Part shown: positions 9,430 through 22,075 of the stretch, piece after piece
Position numbering within the stretch: the stretch's first letter is position 1
Layout: the number at the start of each line of letters is the position of its first letter
From: Opitutaceae bacterium
Lineage (GTDB): Bacteria > Verrucomicrobiota > Verrucomicrobiia > Opitutales > Opitutaceae
Direction of reading: 5' to 3'
Length of the DNA: 42,018 bases
Assembly: GCA_044375835.1 (NCBI GenBank)
Contig: JBILLY010000001.1
Span: 1-42,018, forward strand
Made by a program: the position numbers and the translations under genes
The notes under the pieces: generated by a model
The model's input: only the letters and a program-made list of their open reading frames with translations
Databases searched by the model: none
Told to the model about the DNA's origin: nothing

Positions 9430-12400
9430 ATGAAAACACTTTCTTTCCGCCCCGCCCTTTTTTGGACCTTCAACCAGTTCGCGGGATTCTGCCGAGGCCT
9501 CTTCCTCATTGCGGCGCTGCCGCTCCTCGTTTCGCACGCCCGCGCCCAATTCACTTGGGACGGTGGCGGCGGCGGCAGCAACTTGTCTTGGTCGACTGCC
9601 AGCAATTGGAATCCGGATACGGCGCCGACCACGTCGAGCAACCAAGCGATCATCTTCACCAGTTCGTCGACCACCTTGCTTCCTTTCGCCAACCTGACGT
9701 TCAACACCGGCAGCAACAACTACACCGAGGTTTGGCAGGTCGGCAGCATCACGTTCAACTCCGGATCTTCATCCCACGTCGTCGCGAGCAATACCTCGGG
9801 CAGCACTCCGGGCACCGGCGGCATTTCCATCAGCTCCAACGGCGGCAGCAACGTCGCGGTGAGCAACGACAGCAATGTCCAGCAGACGATTACATCCGGG
9901 CTCACCCTCACCAATGCGACCAACAATATCTTTCGGTCCACGGTCAGCAGCGGCTCCCTGCTCATCGCGAGTTCGTTCCTCAACAACAACTCCAATCTCA
10001 TCACGACCAACGCGACCGGCGGCGCCGGGGTTCTGATCCAGAGCGCAATCTCCGGCACCGGCGGTCTCACGATTTCGGGCGCCGGCACCACCACGCTCCA
10101 GGGCACCAACACCTACAGCGGCGCCACGACTCTGAGCTCCGGCTCGATCCTCAGCATCAACAGCAACACCGCCCTCGGCACCGGCACCTTCGTCATCAGC
10201 GGCGGCACCATCGACAACGGCAGCTCCGCCGCGATCACGCTGAAAAACAACAACGCCCAGACGTGGAACGGCGACTTCACCTATACCGGCGCCTCCCAAA
10301 GCCTGAACCTCGGCACCGGCACCGCCACCCTCGGGGCGAGCCGCACCGTCACCGTTTCCGGCCAAACGCTCACGGTCGGCGGCACCATCACCGACGGCGC
10401 CAGCTCGTTTTCCCTCACCAAACAAGGCGCCGGTGCACTTACGCTCGCGGGGGCCAACACCTTCGACGGCGGTGTCACGCTCGGCGCCGGCACGCTCAAC
10501 ATCAACAACGCCGCCGCCCTCGGCACCGGCACCCTCACGATCTCCGGCGGCACGCTCGACAACACCTCCGGCGCGGCGATCACCAATTCCAACAACAACG
10601 CCCAGGCCTGGAACGGCAACTTTGCCTTCACCGGCACCAACAACCTCAACCTCGGCACCGGCACCGTGACGTTGAGTGCCACCCGCACCATCACCACCTC
10701 GGCCGGCGAACTCACGGCCGGTCCGATCACCGACGGCGCCGGCACGTTTGGGCTCGTGAAGCAGGGCGCCGGCACACTCACCTTGGCCGGAGCCGGCACC
10801 TACGACGGCGGCGTCACCCTCTCCGCCGGCACCCTCAATGTGAACAATGCCACCGGCCTCGGCACCGGCGGCCTCACCATTGGCGCCACCGGCACCACCC
10901 TCGGCACCACGGCCGGCGCAGTCGCCGCCACTAACACGGTTACCCTCAGCAATGCCCTCACCGCCAACATCGGCGCCGCCAACGCGCTGACCCTGAGCGG
11001 ACTCATCACCGGTGCCGGATCGCTCACGAAGACCGGCGGTGGCGCCCTCACCCTTTCCAGCACCACCAGCACCTTCAGCGGCGGCGTCACGCTCACCGGC
11101 GGCACCCTCAACATCAATGGCAGCGCGGCCCTCGGCAACGGCACCTTCACGATCAACGACGGCACCACGATCAACAACACCTCCGGCGCCACCGTCACCA
11201 GCACCCGGAACAACACCCAGTCGTGGAACGGCAATTTCACCTTCGCCGGCAGCAACGCCCTCAATCTCGGCACCGGCCTCGCCACTCTCAGCGCCGACCG
11301 CACCGTCACCGTGGCCGGCAGCACCCTCACCGTCGGCGCCCTCACCGGCACCAACCGGAGTCTCACCGTCCAAGGCGCCGGCAACCTGACGATCGGCGGC
11401 GCCATCACCACCGGCACCGGCAACATCACCCAATCCGGCACCGGCAATCTCACGCTCTCCGGCGGCACCGCCAATACCTTCAGCGGCGGTGTTGTCCTGA
11501 ACTCAGGCACCTTGGCCATCGGGGCGAACAACACCCTCGGCACCGGCGTCCTCACGGTCAATGGTGGCACGCTGAATACCAGCGGCGCCAACCGCTCCCT
11601 CACCAACGCCATCTCGTTCGGTTCCGGCGCCAACCTCACCTTCGCGGGCGCCAACAACCTTACCGCCAGCGGCACGATCACGCTTTCGGGCACCAACACT
11701 GTCAGCGTCAGCGCCAACACGATGACCGCGTCGGGTGTGATCGCCGGAGGTTCCGCCAACCTCACCAAGACGGGCAACGGCACCCTCGTCATTGCTCCCA
11801 CCGGCACCGGCGTCAGCACCTACACGGGCACGACCACCGTCAACGCCGGCACGCTCTCGCTCCGATTCGATGGTCTCAGCGCCGGCTCCCCCGTCAATGT
11901 CGTCAGCTCCTCCTCGACCCTCGTCCTCGGCGGCGGCACCCTCAACGTCGACGGCAAGACCGGCGGCACCAGCACCCAGACCTTTGCCGGCACCACCGTC
12001 AACGCCGGCGCCTCTGGCATCTCCCGCACGACCTCCGGCCCGGCCACGACCAATGTCGCGCTCGGTGCCATCACCCGCAACGCCGGCGGCACCCTCAACA
12101 TCATCACCGCGGCTGGCACCGGCAACGTCACGACGACCACCACCTCGACCAGCGGACTCCTCGGCACCGGCCAAGCCTTCGCCACGATCACGAGCAACGC
12201 ATGGGCCACTCGCGACGCCGGCGGCAACATCATCGCCGTCACGGGCACCGCCGGTGATGTCACGGGCAACTTTACGACGTCTAACAACATCAACACGCTC
12301 ACCAACAACCTGACCCTCGACAGCAAATCGGTGAACAGCCTCCGGTGGAACGAGGTCGCCAGCCGCACCTACACGATTTCCGGCGGCACCAACACCCTTA

Positions 12401-15400
12401 CGATCTCAAGCGGCGGCATCCTCGGCATTTCCACGACGACTGCGGCCAATACCTTTACGATCACAAGCGGAAGCGTGACCACGGATGCCAATCGAGAGTT
12501 GGCCCTGATCAACTTCGGCGCCGGAAACATCACCATTGGTTCCAACATCATCGGCGCCACCACCGGCGTCACCAAGTCCGGCACCGGCGCCGCCATTCTC
12601 TCCGGCAACAACACCTATTCCGGCGCCACCTACGTCAATCAAGGCACGCTCACGATCTCCGGAAACAACACCCTCACCGGCAACACCCACCTCAACGGCG
12701 GCACTCTGATCCTCGGCAACAACACGGCTCTCGGCCAAGCCGGCACCGCCAGCCAACTCATCATCAACGGCGGCACCCTCAACGTAAACGCCGCCCGCAC
12801 GCTCACCAGCAACAATACCCAGCAGTGGAACGGCGACTTCACCTTTGCCGGCAGCAACACCCTTAACATGGGCACCGGCGCCGTCACTCTCGGCGGCAAT
12901 CGCACCGTCACTGTCACCGCCAGCACCCTGACCGTCGGCGGCGCCATCGGCGGCGGCGCCGTGAGCCTCACCAAGGCCGGCGGCGGCACCCTCGCCCTTA
13001 GCGGCGTCAACACCTACAGCGGCGGCACCACGGTCAGCGGCGGCACGATGACCATCAACAGCGGCGGCGGTCTCGCCTCTACCGGCGCACTCACTGTCAC
13101 CGGTGCCACGGTCAATGTGAACAACGCCGCGCAGACCATCTCCTCTCTCTCCGGCAACGGCACCGTCAATCTCAGCGGCACCAACACCGTCCTGACCGTC
13201 GACACCAGCGGCGCCAACACGTTCACCGGCACCATCGCCACCGCCACCGGCTCCCTCGTCAAAACCGGCACCGGCACCCTCACCCTCAGCGGCACGAGTT
13301 CCTTCGGCAACACCACCGTCGGCACCACCATCGCCAACGGCACCTTGGTCGTCTCCACCATCGCCAACCAAGGCACCAGCAGCAGCCTCGGCCAAGGCAA
13401 CATCACCCTCGGCGCCACCACCAATTCCGGCACGCTGCACTACGTCGGCACGGGCAACACCTCCAACCGCAACATCACCCTGGCCGGCACCTCCGGCGGC
13501 GGCACCATCATCGCCGATGGCACCGGCAACCTCACCCTCTCCGGCACGGTCACCAGCAACGTCGCGGGCGCCAAGACCCTCACCCTCGCCGGCAGCAACC
13601 TCGGCGCCAATACGCTCGGCGGCATCGTCTCCGACGGCACCGGCACCGTCGCCCTCACCAAGACCGGCACCGGCAACTGGACCCTCACGGCCGCCAACAC
13701 GTTTACCGGCGGCACCACGATCTCCGGCGGCAATCTCACCGTCGCCTCCGGCGGCTCCCTCGGCGGCAGCGCCGGCAACCTCACGCTTACGGGCGGCACG
13801 CTGAACCTCAACAACACCGCCCAGACCGTCGGCAACCTCAGCGGCAGCGCCGGCACCATCAACCTCGCCGGCACCAACACGCTCACCGTCGCCCAAGCCG
13901 TCGCCAACACCTACTCCGGCGGCTTCAGCGGCGCGGGCAATATCGTCAAGACCGGCGCCTCCACCCTCACCCTCGCGGGCAGCGGCACCAACACCGGCCA
14001 AGTCACCGTCGCCGCGGGCACCTTGGCGGTCACCGGCGCCACCAGCCTCGGCGCCGTCGGCACCGGCAACGTCAGCGTCATCAACGGCGCCACCCTCGCC
14101 CTCGGCGCCGGCTACGACTCCAACCACGGCCGTCTCACCCTCGGCAACGCCACCACCACCGGCACCGTCATCGGCAACGCCGCCAGCACCGCCCGCTACA
14201 CCGGCGATATCGTCCTCGGCAATTCCACCACCATCACCGGCGTCGGCTCCAACTACCTCGCCCTCGGTGCCCAGCCTCCGGCGCTGGGCCGCACGGGCTA
14301 CGATATCACGCCGCAGCACTCGACCGTTCTGGATCTCGGGGCCAACAACCTCAACACCGCCGGCACGGGCACGATCTACATCAACAGTATGATCACCGGC
14401 ACCGGCAATCTCACCGTCGCCATGACCTCCTCCAGCGACACGACGAGCATGACCAGCCGCATGAATACCTTCACCGGCACCGTGAACATCGACAAGGGCA
14501 CCCTCGAACTCTACTCGAACAACTCGAACTCGTCGCCCTTCAACCCCGCCACCCCCAACTACCACCTCATCACCGGCAACGTCACGATCGGCAACGGCGC
14601 CGGCGGCACCTCCGGCGGCAACGTCCGCGACAGCTACGTCTACGACGCGCTCTTCACCCAAAACAACTCGGACGGTTCCCAGCGCGAGCAGATCTATCTC
14701 AACGCCCGCGTCACCCTCAATCAGGACGGTCGCTGGAACCTCTTCAACGAACAGACCATCGGCAGTCTGGTCTTCAACGGCGGCCGCATCGAGCTCGGCA
14801 CCAGTTCCCCCTACGGAAATCTCTATTTGAACGGCGACGTCACGGTCAACGCCACCGCCGGCAACACCGCCTACATCACCGGTGGCCAGCCCGGCACCGG
14901 CCTCAGCCTCACCCGCGCCCAAACCGGCGGCACCGGCGTCTCCAACTCGGTCCGCACCTTCACGGTCGGCGACAGCAGCGCCGTCACCGACGACCTTCGC
15001 ATCGAAGCCCGCATCTTCAACGGCGGTATCATCAAGGAAGGTGCCGGCACCATGACCGTCACCAATACCAACACCTACGAACTCACCACCACGGTCAACA
15101 ACGGCATCTTCAACGTGCAGAACAACAGCGGCCTAGGTGCCGGCGGCTCCGATTCCGATGCCACCACGGTGAATACCGGCGGCCAGCTGCAGCTCGACAA
15201 CACCGCCAACGGCAACCTCGTCATCGCGTCGGAAAAACTGAACTTGCTCGGCACCGGCTTCGGCTGGGTCTCCTACGACAACACCGCCACTGCCGGCGGC
15301 ACCTTGCTCAACAACGCCGGCAGCCACACGTGGAACGGCGCGGTCGTCTCGACCGACGGCAGCATCAACACCGGCTCCGCCGGCCGCACCCTCACGATCG

Positions 15401-16776
15401 GCGGCACCGTCTCTACCGGCGGTTCCATCGGCACGACGATCTTCAACGCCGGCAATCTGACCATCACCGGCGATATCGGCGGCAGCGCCGGCTTCGCCAA
15501 ATACGGCTCCGGCACCACCGTGATCGCCGGCGCCGGCTCCAATTCCTACACCGGCGCCACCAACGTCTATGGCGGTGTGCTCCACATCCAGAAAGCGACC
15601 GCGCTCGGCAGCGACACGGGCAGCACAACGGTCTCGTCCGGCGCCTCGCTCTACGTCAGCGGCGGCTTCACCCAAGCCGGCCTCGAATCGATCTTCATCT
15701 CCGGCACCGGCACCGGCGGCGCCAACCAGGGCGCCCTCCACAATGTCTCCGGCACCAATATCCTCAGCGGCGTCACCACCCTCAACGCCGCCTCCACGAT
15801 CACCGCCGCCGCCGGCTCCTCGCTTCAGATCCGCGGCGGCATCACCGGGAGCCAAGACCTCACCCTCGGCAACGCCACCTCGTCCCACACCGGCACGATT
15901 ATCATGGCGCCGTCCAGCGGCTCCATCACCGGCACGGTCGGCCAAGTCCACCTCGCGGCCGGCACCTTCCAAGTCGGCGGAGCCGGCACCACCACCCTCA
16001 ACACCGCCGAGCTGACCACCGCGAGCAGCACCACCCTGATCCTCGCCAGCGGCGGCACCGTCAACTCCGTCTATGACAACGGCACCGTCTCCAACTTCAA
16101 CGGCGTGATCGGTTCAGGCAGCACCGGCACCTTCGCCGTCACCGGCACGGGCGGCATCATCGGCGGGGGTGGCACCGCCCTGGCCTTCAATACCTCGTTC
16201 TCCGCCCCCAGCGCCACGTTCACGTTCGGCGGCACTTCGATCGGCACCAACGCCAATCCCCTCCGCCTCGAACTCGGCTCACTCTCCTCCAACATCGACA
16301 TCGAGTTCGGCACCATCCGCATCACCGGTGACACGATTCTCGACTTCAACAACAGCATCGGCACCTCCCTCACCTCCGCGACGCTCATCATCGACGCCGG
16401 CGTCAAGATCACCGTCGAAGGCTGGACTTGGACCGCCAACAACACCGCCAACAGCACCATCTGGTATGCCACCCTCACCAACAGCGGCGTCCAAGGCTGG
16501 AACGCCGCCCCCGGCAACACCGTGAACCAAAACCTCAGCCTCGCCGGCGGCACCCTCTACGGCAACGCCCCCCTCAATCAGATCACTTTCACCAACTACA
16601 CGGGCCTCACCACCACCTGGGTCTCCGGCACAGCCAACGGCTGGTTCGACAAGGAAATCCGCCCCACGCCCGAACCCGCCACCTACGGCGCCATCTTCAT
16701 GACCGGTGCCCTCGGCCTGCTCGGCTACCGCCGCTACCGCAGCCGCAAATCCGCGCCGGCCGCCCCGCAAGCCTGA
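9430..16776 (+). CDS. Giant autotransporter-associated beta-strand-repeat (PATR) protein with PEP-CTERM sorting signal (about 2448 aa)
   Basis: Signal peptide ending SHARA|QFTWDGGG. Many L(T/V)KxGxGxLTLxGxNTY/FxGxTT repeats. The C-terminus TPEPATYG-hydrophobic helix-YRRYRSRK is a PEP-CTERM signal. No beta-barrel translocator domain. Confidence 0.9.
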   Translation: MKTLSFRPALFWTFNQFAGFCRGLFLIAALPLLVSHARAQFTWDGGGGGSNLSWSTASNWNPDTAPTTSSNQAIIFTSSSTTLLPFANLTFNTGSNNYTEVWQVGSITFNSGSSSHVVASNTSGSTPGTGGISISSNGGSNVAVSNDSNVQQTITSGLTLTNATNNIFRSTVSSGSLLIASSFLNNNSNLITTNATGGAGVLIQSAISGTGGLTISGAGTTTLQGTNTYSGATTLSSGSILSINSNTALGTGTFVISGGTIDNGSSAAITLKNNNAQTWNGDFTYTGASQSLNLGTGTATLGASRTVTVSGQTLTVGGTITDGASSFSLTKQGAGALTLAGANTFDGGVTLGAGTLNINNAAALGTGTLTISGGTLDNTSGAAITNSNNNAQAWNGNFAFTGTNNLNLGTGTVTLSATRTITTSAGELTAGPITDGAGTFGLVKQGAGTLTLAGAGTYDGGVTLSAGTLNVNNATGLGTGGLTIGATGTTLGTTAGAVAATNTVTLSNALTANIGAANALTLSGLITGAGSLTKTGGGALTLSSTTSTFSGGVTLTGGTLNINGSAALGNGTFTINDGTTINNTSGATVTSTRNNTQSWNGNFTFAGSNALNLGTGLATLSADRTVTVAGSTLTVGALTGTNRSLTVQGAGNLTIGGAITTGTGNITQSGTGNLTLSGGTANTFSGGVVLNSGTLAIGANNTLGTGVLTVNGGTLNTSGANRSLTNAISFGSGANLTFAGANNLTASGTITLSGTNTVSVSANTMTASGVIAGGSANLTKTGNGTLVIAPTGTGVSTYTGTTTVNAGTLSLRFDGLSAGSPVNVVSSSSTLVLGGGTLNVDGKTGGTSTQTFAGTTVNAGASGISRTTSGPATTNVALGAITRNAGGTLNIITAAGTGNVTTTTTSTSGLLGTGQAFATITSNAWATRDAGGNIIAVTGTAGDVTGNFTTSNNINTLTNNLTLDSKSVNSLRWNEVASRTYTISGGTNTLTISSGGILGISTTTAANTFTITSGSVTTDANRELALINFGAGNITIGSNIIGATTGVTKSGTGAAILSGNNTYSGATYVNQGTLTISGNNTLTGNTHLNGGTLILGNNTALGQAGTASQLIINGGTLNVNAARTLTSNNTQQWNGDFTFAGSNTLNMGTGAVTLGGNRTVTVTASTLTVGGAIGGGAVSLTKAGGGTLALSGVNTYSGGTTVSGGTMTINSGGGLASTGALTVTGATVNVNNAAQTISSLSGNGTVNLSGTNTVLTVDTSGANTFTGTIATATGSLVKTGTGTLTLSGTSSFGNTTVGTTIANGTLVVSTIANQGTSSSLGQGNITLGATTNSGTLHYVGTGNTSNRNITLAGTSGGGTIIADGTGNLTLSGTVTSNVAGAKTLTLAGSNLGANTLGGIVSDGTGTVALTKTGTGNWTLTAANTFTGGTTISGGNLTVASGGSLGGSAGNLTLTGGTLNLNNTAQTVGNLSGSAGTINLAGTNTLTVAQAVANTYSGGFSGAGNIVKTGASTLTLAGSGTNTGQVTVAAGTLAVTGATSLGAVGTGNVSVINGATLALGAGYDSNHGRLTLGNATTTGTVIGNAASTARYTGDIVLGNSTTITGVGSNYLALGAQPPALGRTGYDITPQHSTVLDLGANNLNTAGTGTIYINSMITGTGNLTVAMTSSSDTTSMTSRMNTFTGTVNIDKGTLELYSNNSNSSPFNPATPNYHLITGNVTIGNGAGGTSGGNVRDSYVYDALFTQNNSDGSQREQIYLNARVTLNQDGRWNLFNEQTIGSLVFNGGRIELGTSSPYGNLYLNGDVTVNATAGNTAYITGGQPGTGLSLTRAQTGGTGVSNSVRTFTVGDSSAVTDDLRIEARIFNGGIIKEGAGTMTVTNTNTYELTTTVNNGIFNVQNNSGLGAGGSDSDATTVNTGGQLQLDNTANGNLVIASEKLNLLGTGFGWVSYDNTATAGGTLLNNAGSHTWNGAVVSTDGSINTGSAGRTLTIGGTVSTGGSIGTTIFNAGNLTITGDIGGSAGFAKYGSGTTVIAGAGSNSYTGATNVYGGVLHIQKATALGSDTGSTTVSSGASLYVSGGFTQAGLESIFISGTGTGGANQGALHNVSGTNILSGVTTLNAASTITAAAGSSLQIRGGITGSQDLTLGNATSSHTGTIIMAPSSGSITGTVGQVHLAAGTFQVGGAGTTTLNTAELTTASSTTLILASGGTVNSVYDNGTVSNFNGVIGSGSTGTFAVTGTGGIIGGGGTALAFNTSFSAPSATFTFGGTSIGTNANPLRLELGSLSSNIDIEFGTIRITGDTILDFNNSIGTSLTSATLIIDAGVKITVEGWTWTANNTANSTIWYATLTNSGVQGWNAAPGNTVNQNLSLAGGTLYGNAPLNQITFTNYTGLTTTWVSGTANGWFDKEIRPTPEPATYGAIFMTGALGLLGYRRYRSRKSAPAAPQA
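10100..12960 (+). repeat. Four copies of an internal ~110-aa module centred on NN(A/T)QxWNG(D/N)FxxxGxxxLNLGTG
   Basis: Cores lie near 10246, 10591, 11206 and 12811 and are similar at DNA level (..tggaacggc(g/a)a(c/t)tt..). Confidence 0.8.
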
Positions 16777-16840
16777 TCGCCGCAGCCAGGCCGCCGGAGC
16801 CACCCCGGCCGCCTCCGACCGACGCCCCCGTCTTGCCCGA

Positions 16841-18106
16841 TTGAGCACCGTCCACGTCTCCCGCTCCGGCTGGGCCGCCATCACCCTCGTCGGCGCTCTC
16901 CCGTGGCTGATCGTTGTCTGGCTCCTCGGTCGCCCCCCTTCGCCGCCCCTTCCGACCGCCGCCCAAGCGTCACCCGCGGCCACTGCCTCCGCCAAGGCCG
17001 CCGCCCTTCCGGCCCGCGACGACTATGTCCTTGGCGCTCCCGGCCCCTGGGGCCGGATTCGCAGCACGCGCATCCTCATCGAACCGCCGGCCGACTTCAT
17101 CCCGACCTATTTCAGCACCCCGCAGCCCCTGCGCTGGACTTTTCCCGGTTTCACCCCCGCCCAGCTGGACTCGCTTTGGGACCAGGCCCGTCTGTCGTCC
17201 GAACAACGCGCCGCACTCTCCGGCCCCGCGCACTGCGCGGTCGAACCCGCCGGCATCGTCGTGGCCCCCCCCGCCAGCCTCGTCCTCGGTCTCTCCCCCG
17301 AAGCCCGCGCCATCATCTACGCCGTCCTCGCCCGCTTCCCGCAGAACATCCCGCAACGCGAGCCCTTCCGCTCCCGCGTGGAAATGGTCGACGAATGGCT
17401 CGACGGCGAAGCGATCCCCCCCGCAGTCGTCGCCCTGACCCGCCGTCTGCTCTACCGGCGCGAAACCAATTTCCTGCTCTCCGACCACGATCTCGTCCTG
17501 CCCCACTTCAATTCGTCCTCCGACCGCGTCGCCTACATCAAGACCCTCGCCCGCAAGTCCGCCCTGCTCGCCGAACTGGTCATCCCCCGCGCCTCCGCCG
17601 CCGAGATCGAGCCGATCAGCCGCTACTGGAGCCACGGCCGCCGCACCAAGGATATCGGCCCCATCCTCGAATCCCTCGCCCAGCGGCCCCACGGCGGCAC
17701 GCTCGACCTCGTCCACCTCCTGCCGCCCTTCGCCCGCAACCTCCTCTACACCTATCCCGTTTCCACCGGCGCCGACAGCGACAACAGCCGCGACTGTCAC
17801 TGGACCTCGTTCAACTTCTTCAACCCCCGGCCCGACGAACGCTTCCTCGACGTCAGCCACGTCCTCCGCGTGCTCGCGCAGGACTACTACCTCGCGTCCG
17901 GCTCCCCCATGATGGGCGACCTGCTCCTCTTCATCGACGAGCACGGCCAAGGCATCCACTCCTGCGTCTACATCGCCGACAACATCGTGTTCACCAAGAA
18001 TGGCGCCTCGTTCTCGATTCCCTGGCTGCTCGCCAATCTGGAAAACGTCGTCGCGTTCTACTCGCTCAACGGCCCGGTCGAAGTCCGCCGTTACCGGCTG
18101 CGCTGA
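16841..18106 (+). CDS. Membrane-anchored hypothetical protein with a C-terminal papain/NlpC-P60-like Cys-His motif
   Basis: Probable TTG start at 16841. One N-terminal TM helix (GWAAITLVGALPWLIVVWLL) and a Pro/Ala linker. The C-terminus reads RDCHWTSFNFF...GDLLLF...GIHSCVYIADNIVFTKNG. Confidence 0.7.
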   Translation: MSTVHVSRSGWAAITLVGALPWLIVVWLLGRPPSPPLPTAAQASPAATASAKAAALPARDDYVLGAPGPWGRIRSTRILIEPPADFIPTYFSTPQPLRWTFPGFTPAQLDSLWDQARLSSEQRAALSGPAHCAVEPAGIVVAPPASLVLGLSPEARAIIYAVLARFPQNIPQREPFRSRVEMVDEWLDGEAIPPAVVALTRRLLYRRETNFLLSDHDLVLPHFNSSSDRVAYIKTLARKSALLAELVIPRASAAEIEPISRYWSHGRRTKDIGPILESLAQRPHGGTLDLVHLLPPFARNLLYTYPVSTGADSDNSRDCHWTSFNFFNPRPDERFLDVSHVLRVLAQDYYLASGSPMMGDLLLFIDEHGQGIHSCVYIADNIVFTKNGASFSIPWLLANLENVVAFYSLNGPVEVRRYRLR

Positions 18107-18323
18107 TCCGCGCCGGCCCGGACTCCGCTCCGCCTCCCCGCTTCGCTCCTCCCGCCGACTCGTGGCGTCCGCGTCCGGCCCCTCCGCGCGCGCCGGTCGC
18201 CGTGTCACAATTGGCTCGCGGGTGCCCGGCTCGGCCGGCAGACGTTTCCCCGTTCCCTTGTTTTCTTCCGGCCGCGGCAATCATACCCGTGCGGCGGCCG
18301 CCACCCCCCCCAGTCCAACCCCC

Positions 18324-20780
<2,457 letters not shown>

Positions 20781-20807
20781 TCCCGCCCGCTCGCCTTCGC
20801 CCACGAC

Positions 20808-20840
20808 AAAGGCCGCGCGGTCTTCCGCGCGGCCTTTTTG
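20808..20840 (+). terminator. Rho-independent terminator, probably bidirectional
   Basis: AAAGGCCGCGCGG-tctt-CCGCGCGGCCTTTTT between convergent genes. Confidence 0.85.
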
Positions 20841-20902
20841 CTGCCCTGCCACCGCGGCGAGCCTTCGGCGCGTTCATCGCGCGCCGCCACCCGCCGCCCG
20901 AC

Positions 20903-22075
20903 TCAGCGGATCTCGTAAACTTCCGCCAGCGCGACACCCGTCGCACCGGCCGCGCCGCTGACCTGCAGCGTGTAGGCACCCGGCGCCAACACCGCGATCG
21001 CCGCCGCATCCGCGCTGCCGGCCGCGAGTGCAAACGCCCCCGTCTGTGCCGCCGCCTGCGCCACCGACACCGCGTTGCCCCAATCGTCGTTGGCCGCCAC
21101 CGTCGCCCCCGCGCTGTTGGTCAGCGTGAGCGCCGGGTTCGCCAGCACGCCCGTCACCCCGAAGGCCGCGAGCCCCGGCCCGACCGCGCGCACCAGCACG
21201 CTCTTCGGCTCCGTGCCGCCGATCACGAAACCCGCGATCAACGCATTCGCCCCCGTGCCCGCCGTGCCGCGCACCGCGAGGTTCAGCAGCCGCCCGTTGG
21301 TCGTCAGCGGCAACGGCTCGCCGAACATGAAATCGTCCGTCGCCACCACGTCGCCCGTCGGCGTATCCACGTTCCCGGACGCCAGCGGCAGATTGCCGTG
21401 CGTCACCCGCACGCGCGCCACCCGCTCGCCGTCCTGGAAAAACACGCCCACGAAGGAGAGCCCGTTGTCGGCTGTCGGCGCGTGGAACTTGCCCAGCGAT
21501 TTCCCCGCGGCGTCGAAGCACTCGATCGACGACACGTTCGCCAGATCGACATCGCAGAACACCGCGCCGAACCCGTTCACCGTCGCCGTCGTCGCCGGAC
21601 TCCCGGGCACGAAGAACACCGTGTCGATCGTCGTGCTGCCCACCGCCGCGAAGAGCCGTTGCTCCGTGAACGCCTTGAACCGCGCCGGATAGCTCGCATC
21701 CAGGTTGCCGAACCGCACCGGCGTCCCCGCCGCGTTGCCCGTCGCCGCGCTGACTTGCAACGTCGCCCCGGACGTCGGCGTCGTGAACACCGCGCCGCGC
21801 CGCACGTTGTTGTTGAAGAAGTCCGCCGGCATCGCGTTGGGCGCCGCGGCCGCCTCGGCCGTGCCGTCCCAGTTGATGTTGCGGAAACCGGTCGCGAACG
21901 GACCGTTCGCCGTGTTGCCGGCGCCGCCGAGCGCGAGGTCCGCGCGGAAAGCCGCCACCGCCGCGGTCAGGTCCGCCGGCGCGGCGCCGGCCGCGGTCGT
22001 GACTTTGGGCGCGGCCTGCACCGCGCAAGGCGCCAGCGCGGAAGCGGCGAGAAGGGAAACGAGGAGTTTGTTCAT
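20903..22075 (-). CDS. Secreted protein with an Opitutae-type C-terminal 'RLxNLxxR' domain (390 aa)
   Basis: Signal peptide MNKLLVSLLAASALAPCAVQA. The last ~130 aa read RLLNLAVRG..LIAGFVIGG..VLVRAVGPGL..NDDW..GAFAL..PGAYT..GVALAEVYEIR. Confidence 0.8.
   Translation of the reverse strand: MNKLLVSLLAASALAPCAVQAAPKVTTAAGAAPADLTAAVAAFRADLALGGAGNTANGPFATGFRNINWDGTAEAAAAPNAMPADFFNNNVRRGAVFTTPTSGATLQVSAATGNAAGTPVRFGNLDASYPARFKAFTEQRLFAAVGSTTIDTVFFVPGSPATTATVNGFGAVFCDVDLANVSSIECFDAAGKSLGKFHAPTADNGLSFVGVFFQDGERVARVRVTHGNLPLASGNVDTPTGDVVATDDFMFGEPLPLTTNGRLLNLAVRGTAGTGANALIAGFVIGGTEPKSVLVRAVGPGLAAFGVTGVLANPALTLTNSAGATVAANDDWGNAVSVAQAAAQTGAFALAAGSADAAAIAVLAPGAYTLQVSGAAGATGVALAEVYEIR

Noticed and set aside
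9430-16776. CRISPR array or classical autotransporter
   Set aside because: The repeats are in-frame coding repeats with no repeat-spacer structure or cas genes, and the C-terminus is PEP-CTERM rather than a beta-barrel.
6500-18106. Genomic island integrated at tRNA-Leu
   Set aside because: No integrase and no duplicated tRNA 3' end were seen in the window.
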